This document shows, in pieces, positions 58,229-64,000 of a stretch of DNA of 64,000 nt (its first letter is position 1; each line of letters begins with the position of its first letter). Source of the DNA: Candidatus Lustribacter sp. (GTDB lineage: Bacteria; Vulcanimicrobiota; Vulcanimicrobiia; Vulcanimicrobiales; Vulcanimicrobiaceae). Where the stretch lies: assembly GCA_965277805.1 (NCBI GenBank), contig OZ255842.1:3200001-3264000 (forward strand). The letters run 5' to 3'. A program made the position numbers and the translations under genes. The notes beneath the pieces were generated by a model. That model was not told the origin of the DNA and did no database searches. It was given only the letters and a program-made list of their open reading frames with translations.

Positions 58229-58938
58229 TACGAACGGCCGGCCGGGATGACGAAACGCTCGTACGGCCCGAGCGCCAGCAGCAACAGATCTTCGGGCAAT
58301 TCGAAGGCCCACGACGCATCGGTGACAAGCTTCCCGAGTTGCGAGCGGTGTTCGCTCAGCGCGGCCCGTTTCGCGGGCAACCACGGCCCGCTGGCCACTT
58401 CTACCGTGACGCCTTCGTGCGGCAACGGCGCGTCGGACGCATCGCCGATCACGCCGAGCCAGACCGCATATTCGAACCGCAACGCGCGCGGGCGTTCGGC
58501 CAGCACGACATCGACGAGCGACGTCGCCGAACGATGGTCGCAGTGCGGATCGCGCCGCCACGGTGTCGCCACGGCCACGTCGGCGTCGTCCGGGATCGCC
58601 GCTCGCAGCGCCGCGAGCAATGGAGCCGCGCCGTCGTCGCCGGCCGCCGGCACGGTGCCGTCGGGCCAACGCAAAAATTGCGGCGGGGTCTTCACGCCGA
58701 GACGACGGAGCGCACGCCGCGCCTCATCTTCGCGCACAGCGCGCAGGCGTTCCGGCGGATAGGCCGACGAGTTTTCGTGAGATGCCGCGCCGTCGGTGAG
58801 ATAGATCACGCGCACCGGCAAGTGCATCGACGCGCGCGCGATGAGCGCGCCGCAGCCGAGCACGTCGTCGTCGGGGTGCGGCGCTATCACGATCAACGCC
58901 GAGGCCGTCCGCAGAAAGTCTTCGGGAAAATCAGCCAT
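58228..58938 (-). CDS. PIG-L/LmbE family de-N-acetylase
   Basis: APHPDDDVLGCG, TDGAASH, R..E, DPHCDH, HRSQ. Confidence 0.88.
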   Translation of the reverse strand: MADFPEDFLRTASALIVIAPHPDDDVLGCGALIARASMHLPVRVIYLTDGAASHENSSAYPPERLRAVREDEARRALRRLGVKTPPQFLRWPDGTVPAAGDDGAAPLLAALRAAIPDDADVAVATPWRRDPHCDHRSATSLVDVVLAERPRALRFEYAVWLGVIGDASDAPLPHEGVTVEVASGPWLPAKRAALSEHRSQLGKLVTDASWAFELPEDLLLLALGPYERFVIPAGRS

Positions 58939-58949
58939 GGGAGTGCTTC

Positions 58950-58973
58950 ATACCCGGATAACGGCGGGTAAAC
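58950..58973 (-). promoter_or_regulatory. SigB/SigF-type promoter
   Basis: Minus strand GTTT-N14-GGGTAT upstream of PIG-L ATG; overlapping GGGTAA on + strand. Confidence 0.6.
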
Positions 58974-58981
58974 GCCTGCAT

Positions 58982-59866
58982 ATGAATCCCGAGTTCACGC
59001 CTGAGGGTCCGCTGCGTCCGTGGGCTAAAAATCGGACGTTAGGTGCGATAGCGGACGCAATTCAGCCGGCCGTCAGAGCGCTGCTCGACGGCGACGACGG
59101 CGCACGCCGGCCGATCAAGGATCTGCTGCACGGCACGTCTCTCGGTCATCCGCTGCACCCGCCGCTGACCGATATTCCGATCGGCGCGTGGACCGTGGCG
59201 GCGGTGTGCGATGCCCTCCAACTCGCCGGCGTCGAGCGCTATCGCGACGCCGCCGATGTGGCGATCGCGATCGGCGCGCTCGGAGCGGTGGGCGCCGCCG
59301 TTACCGGTCTCGCCGATTGGTCCGACACGAAAGACGAGCCGCAACGCTTGGGCCTGCTGCACGCAATGCTCAACAGCGCGGCGCTGACGAGCTACGTTGC
59401 GTCATTGCTCGCGCGGCGCACCGGCGCGCGCGGCTTCGGACTCGCGGCGGCGTTTGGCGGCTATGGTCTCATGGCGCTCGCCGGCTACCTGGGCGGCGAA
59501 CTCGCCTTCGGCATGCAGCTGGGTGTCAAGCACACTGTTATCCCGCACGAACCGCCGCTCGACTTCGTGCACGTTCTCGATACGATCGAGCTGACCGACG
59601 GCGTGATGCATCCCGCACAGGCGAACGAACTGCCCGTCTTGGTGACACGCTTTGACGGAACGACGCGTGCCGTCGGCGGGGTGTGCACGCATCGCGGCGC
59701 GCCGCTCGCCGAGGGCGAGCAAGTGGGGCGTTGCGTGCGCTGTCCCTGGCACGGTTCGCGCTTCTCGCTCGACGACGGGCACATCGAGGAAGGCCCGGCG
59801 ACGTTTCCCCTACCGAACTACGAAACGCACGCGGCGGCCGGCGGGATCAGCGTTCGTATGCGGTGA
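58982..59866 (+). CDS. DUF2231 membrane domain + Rieske [2Fe-2S] fusion
   Basis: GHPLHP.LTDIPIGAW, LH...N, YLGGEL; CTHRG...CPWHG. Confidence 0.85.
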   Translation: MNPEFTPEGPLRPWAKNRTLGAIADAIQPAVRALLDGDDGARRPIKDLLHGTSLGHPLHPPLTDIPIGAWTVAAVCDALQLAGVERYRDAADVAIAIGALGAVGAAVTGLADWSDTKDEPQRLGLLHAMLNSAALTSYVASLLARRTGARGFGLAAAFGGYGLMALAGYLGGELAFGMQLGVKHTVIPHEPPLDFVHVLDTIELTDGVMHPAQANELPVLVTRFDGTTRAVGGVCTHRGAPLAEGEQVGRCVRCPWHGSRFSLDDGHIEEGPATFPLPNYETHAAAGGISVRMR

Positions 59867-61136
59867 CGTCGGTGGGCCAGTTCGCAAACGAGCTGGCTTC
59901 CGCCACGATCATGCCGAGCGGCGCGCGTCCCATGCGGCGCGCGCCCTTGGACGATACGTGCACCGAGTCGCCCCAAATGAATTGGTACTTCTTATCGGGC
60001 GTCGCGATGGTCGGCTTGACGATGTACACACCGTTCTCGGGAAAACGGAAATCCATCGCCTTCTCGGTGCCTTCGTACATCGGTTTTGCGTCGAGGTTCG
60101 TCAACAAAAGCGGACGATCGTCGCCGAGACCGCGGCCGTGCACGATCAGCGACGACTTCACGTCGGCGAGCGGACCGCTGCGCAGCGCGACGCTCTTGCC
60201 GACCGCAATCGTCTTGTCGATCAGCTCGGCCACGGTGATTCCGGGCCGCAAGACCTCGAGCAGGCGCGGGTAGAGCTCGGCGTGCATCTTCGCGAGCTCG
60301 AGCAGCACCGGATCGCACCGGCGCACCGCAATCGGCCGGATCTGCTGCGCGCGGTAACCGATGACCGACGATTCGATTTCCGAAACGATGACGTCGCCTT
60401 CGTCTAAGGGGCGGCCGGTCGGGCGCGAGAGCGTGCGGCCGGGCAAGGGCGCGGCGATCCAGTTGAAGTGCACCGACTGCTCCGAGCCGCGCGCGTACAT
60501 CGCGTGCATCGTCTCGGCCCAAACGACGTAATCCGGCACGCCGGGCTGCGCCGCGAACGTTTGCGCATCGACGCCGCGTTCGATCAAATCGACCGAGCAC
60601 TGCAGCACCGCGACTTCCTCGTCGCTCTTGACCTCGCGCACTTCTTGCAGCAGATCGGATGCATCGACGAACGTGGCCTGCGGGCACGCTTTGACCAGCG
60701 CTTCGTAGTTGCCGTACATGATCGTGCCCTCGGGCGTGCGCGTGCCGCCGCCGAGGCCCGAGATGCCGATGCGTTCGTTCGTGATGCCGAGTTCGCGCAG
60801 CCGTTCGCCCAGCACGCGGCCGTAGCGCCGATTGGCTTCGCGCACGTCGGTGACCCAATCTTGAATCGACGGTCCCCAGCGTTCCGCGGCCGACGTTGCG
60901 ACGACGGTGACGTCGCCCTCGAGCGGAATGAGCGCGGCGATCGATGCGTCGGCGCCTCCGCCGCAGTGCGAGAGATATCGCGCGTCCGCTTGCCAATCGG
61001 TCGAATTCCCAGGATTGGCCGGGGCGACGATCGCCGCGAGGTTGTCGCGTTCCATGAGACGCCGGACGGCGGCCCAGCGACGATCGCGCTCGGCGATCGA
61101 AAAGCGGCGAAAAACATGCCGTGGAATCGTACTGAT
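59847..61136 (-). CDS. M24 (Xaa-Pro peptidase/creatinase) fold protein
   Basis: FSIAERDRRWAAVR, R.VKS.EE, HGRGL; start uncertain (ATC 61136 or ATG 61055). Confidence 0.78.
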   Translation of the reverse strand: MSTIPRHVFRRFSIAERDRRWAAVRRLMERDNLAAIVAPANPGNSTDWQADARYLSHCGGGADASIAALIPLEGDVTVVATSAAERWGPSIQDWVTDVREANRRYGRVLGERLRELGITNERIGISGLGGGTRTPEGTIMYGNYEALVKACPQATFVDASDLLQEVREVKSDEEVAVLQCSVDLIERGVDAQTFAAQPGVPDYVVWAETMHAMYARGSEQSVHFNWIAAPLPGRTLSRPTGRPLDEGDVIVSEIESSVIGYRAQQIRPIAVRRCDPVLLELAKMHAELYPRLLEVLRPGITVAELIDKTIAVGKSVALRSGPLADVKSSLIVHGRGLGDDRPLLLTNLDAKPMYEGTEKAMDFRFPENGVYIVKPTIATPDKKYQFIWGDSVHVSSKGARRMGRAPLGMIVAEASSFANWPTDVTAYER

Positions 61137-61219
61137 CTCAAGCCCTCCCTCGAACGGGAAGATTGTTTAGCCACGCTAAGGTACTTCCTCCAACCATCTC
61201 TCTGCAAGAAAGCTCGAAC

Positions 61220-61957
61220 ATGCCGGAATTGCGCCTCCTCATCGAAGACCTCGTTGCCGGAAATCACATCCTCTACAATCAGGGAATCGTCGACGGATAC
61301 GGCCACATCAGCTTCCGGCATCTAGATAAACCAGACCGCTTTTTCATCGCCGCGGCCGTCGCGCCGGGCCGGGTGAAAGAGGGCGATATTCTCGAGCTCG
61401 ACCTCGACGGCAAGATCGTTTCCGGCGAAGACCGTCCGACGTATTCCGAACGCTTCATTCACGCCGAAGTATATCGTGCGCGCGCGGACGTGCAGTCGGT
61501 GATCCATAGCCACTCGCCCACGGTCATCCCGTTCGGCATCACCGACGTTCCGTTGCGCCCGATCATGCAAACGGCGTCGTTCTTGCACACCGGCGTGCCG
61601 ATCTACAACTCACGCCTCGTCCCCGAAGCGAAGAGCCCGCTCGTCAGCTCGCCGGTGCTCGGCAAAGCGCTCGTCGCGAGTTTGGCGCAGAACAACGTCG
61701 TGCTCATGCGAGGGCATGGCAACACCGTCGTCGGCCCGGACATCCGCGAGACCGTGTCGCGCGCGATTTACACCGAGCTCAATGCACGCCTGTTGCTGCA
61801 AACGCTGTCGCTCGGACGGCCGATCGAGTATCTCAACGATACCGAAGCCGAGACGATGATGTCGCGCGGAGCCGGTCTTCCGAACGTCGGCAAAAGCCAC
61901 GGCGTCGACCGTATCTGGCAGATGTGGATCGACGAGGTGCGGCGCAGCCAATCATGA
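61220..61957 (+). CDS. Class II aldolase/adducin family protein
   Basis: GHISFR, SERFIH, HSHS, LMRGHG. Confidence 0.88.
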   Translation: MPELRLLIEDLVAGNHILYNQGIVDGYGHISFRHLDKPDRFFIAAAVAPGRVKEGDILELDLDGKIVSGEDRPTYSERFIHAEVYRARADVQSVIHSHSPTVIPFGITDVPLRPIMQTASFLHTGVPIYNSRLVPEAKSPLVSSPVLGKALVASLAQNNVVLMRGHGNTVVGPDIRETVSRAIYTELNARLLLQTLSLGRPIEYLNDTEAETMMSRGAGLPNVGKSHGVDRIWQMWIDEVRRSQS

Positions 61958-62800
61958 TTCGCCGGAACTTTCTCGCTGCCGCGGCCGCGTTCACGGCGAT
62001 GCCGGCGCAGGCGTTCGCGCAGGCCGAACCGCCGGCGATGATCCGCTTCGCCGCGCAAGCCGGCGACGATCTGCGGCCGGTGCTCTACGCGCTCAGCACG
62101 GGAATGTTCAAACAAGCCGGCTTGGACGTGGTGATGCAAACGGGCAACGGTTCGACCACGGCGCAAGCGGTGAGCGGATGATCTACCGCAAGATTCACCG
62201 ACCTCGGGTGTCGTCGTGGCGACGAACTCGCCGCTGCGTACCGGGCGCGACCTGCAGGGCAAGGTCGTCGGCTGTTCCGCGCTCGGCGGCATCGCCTATC
62301 TAGGGTTGCGCGCGCTCGTCGATGCTCAAGGCGGCGACTCATCGCTCATCAAGTTCATCGAGATGAACGGCTCGCTCACGCCGGCCGCCGTCGAAGAGGG
62401 CCGCATCGATGCCGGCGTCACGGAAGAGCCGCATCTGACCGAGAGCATTCGCAGCGGCAAAGTACGGCTGCTGCTCGACATGTTCGACGGTTATCCGAGC
62501 CCCCCGCTGGAATCGGTGTTCTTCACCACCCGCGATTTCGCAAGCAAACATCCCGAGGCGATCGCGCGCTTCGCAAAAGTCGTCCAGGATGCGGCGAAGT
62601 ACACCAATACGCACGAAGCGCAGACGCTGCCGCTGTTCGTCCAGCTCTCCGGCATGGACCCGAAGCTCGCCAATCAGATTCACCATTCGTTCACGCCGGT
62701 CTCGTTCAACGCAGCGCAGATTCAGCCGGTCATCGAACTCGCCGCCAAATACAAGGCGATCCCGGCGAGCTTCGACGCGCGTGAGTTACTTGCGCAGTAG
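61954..62800 (+). pseudogene. Disrupted SsuA/NMT1-family substrate-binding protein
   Basis: Tat leader MIRRNFL..., stop at 62179-62181, continuation in another frame (VATNSPLRTGRDLQGK); internal segment missing relative to paralogs. Confidence 0.75.
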
Positions 62801-63108
62801 CTAAGAACTGTTTCTCGACCGTAGGGAACTCGATGTTCGTCACATCGGATACTGAGCGGACGGGATATCAGGAACGCGCTCGACGCGCCCAATAGATGGC
62901 CTGTGCGGAACGGCGCGAGACTCTAGACGTAGCCATGATGTCGTGTCAGAATTCTCACAACGCTATTAAGACGGGAATTTGTCTCATCGCTCCACCTGGG
63001 TGGGGCCTACCCCGATAGCAGTGACGCGGGGCGCCCCTCCTCGACTGGCTAGACTAACGGCAGCATTCACTCTTATTTGCCTTCACGTGTCGATAGGAAA
63101 GTGCAAGC

Positions 63109-64000
63109 ATGTTCGCCCCGAAGGTCGCCAAACCACAGACGCAGGCCACCGCAAGCGCAGCGACTAGAGTCGAGCGGAGCATTGGGAATCAAGCAACGCT
63201 CAGGAGAGTGGCCCAACGGGCAACGAACCTTCGTGAGAGCGAACTTCACGGCCACGACGAGCAAGAGGCTGACCTTGCAAGCCTGACCGCCGCCGCGCCT
63301 CCAATCGTGCAAAAAGTGCTTCGCGAGCCAGGCCAGCCGCTAGATCAGTCTTCCCGGGCTTTTTTTGAGCCTCGTTTCGGCTTCAACTTTGGCTCTATAC
63401 GCATCCACACCGACGCCAACGCTGCACTGTCGGCGGATGCGGTGAGAGCTCTTGGATACACAGTTGGCAACCACATCGTTTTCGGCGCCGGTCAATATCA
63501 ACCCGCAACTCCGAAGGGACGGCAACTGCTGGCGCACGAGCTGGCACACGCAGTTCAGCAGCGCTCGAGAAACACCCCGGACTCCGAGCCTCCGATAGGT
63601 AACACCAGCGGCTCCTATGAGCGTGAGGCTGACGAGGCGGCACAAGCTGTGTTTGACGGACGGGCGTTCGAGCTGGGACCTGTAAATGGCCCAATTTTGG
63701 CTCGCAAGACGAGCGAAGGCGTGCACGACTCTGAAGAGCTGGGTGATGCCGCTCGAGCATTTATGGATAACAACTCTAATCTAGGAACGGATACGTTGAG
63801 TAAGATTAGATCGGGGATATACAAACTCGCCAGCGAATCGGGAACCTATGAAGTAGCGTACTCGTTTTTCAACGTGTATTCGCATTTTAACAACAGCATA
63901 AGACAAATGACGCCTCTCGAGGAAGAGAAGGAAAAGTCGCTCGGGAATCGCTTGGCGGTGACGGACACAACCTTGGGGTTCACCACGACAACGCTGCAAT
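63109..64000 (+). CDS. DUF4157 (eCIS-core) domain protein, 3' truncated by window
   Basis: Manual translation: GQPLD....FFEPRFG.NF..IRIHTD......A.GYTVGNHIVF..GQY.P....GRQLLAHELAHAVQQ; no stop to window end. Confidence 0.88.
   Translation, partial: MFAPKVAKPQTQATASAATRVERSIGNQATLRRVAQRATNLRESELHGHDEQEADLASLTAAAPPIVQKVLREPGQPLDQSSRAFFEPRFGFNFGSIRIHTDANAALSADAVRALGYTVGNHIVFGAGQYQPATPKGRQLLAHELAHAVQQRSRNTPDSEPPIGNTSGSYEREADEAAQAVFDGRAFELGPVNGPILARKTSEGVHDSEELGDAARAFMDNNSNLGTDTLSKIRSGIYKLASESGTYEVAYSFFNVYSHFNNSIRQMTPLEEEKEKSLGNRLAVTDTTLGFTTTTLQ

Noticed and set aside
62801-63108. ncRNA, tRNA or att site at the composition boundary
   Set aside because: No cloverleaf, terminal repeat or integrase visible; cannot be supported from this window

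Overview
GC-rich bacterial chromosomal window with about 58 tightly packed CDS and no rRNA, tRNA, CRISPR array or transposase that I can see. The gene repertoire (many orphan SsuA/NMT1-type binding proteins, a stalk-domain/YXWGXW protein, leaderless promoters) suggests an Eremiobacterota-like soil bacterium; this is inference only. Housekeeping blocks are motB (partial), a class II uvrA-like gene, ppi-bioAFDB, proCBA, zwf, and an RND pump with a divergent OmpR-type two-component system. Accessory blocks worth attention: (1) a TetR-controlled catabolic island (23.0-29.3 kb) with two tandem bicupins whose metal site is in the C-terminal cupin, an OCD-family enzyme, SnoaL and FAH proteins, and a shared palindromic operator; (2) a ThDP enzyme with a Tat-like leader coupled to a di-haem cytochrome c; (3) an acyl-CoA-dehydrogenase-like / PIG-L / NodS-methyltransferase / GT2 cluster behind a SigB/SigF-type promoter; (4) ligJ-ligI-tannase; (5) a phosphoesterase plus di-haem peroxidase pair behind a Pho-box-like repeat; (6) a Rieske oxygenase lacking its Rieske motifs; (7) a lower-GC DUF4157 (eCIS-associated) gene running off the right end, which the ORF track does not list. 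All product calls come from motif recognition by eye, not database searches.
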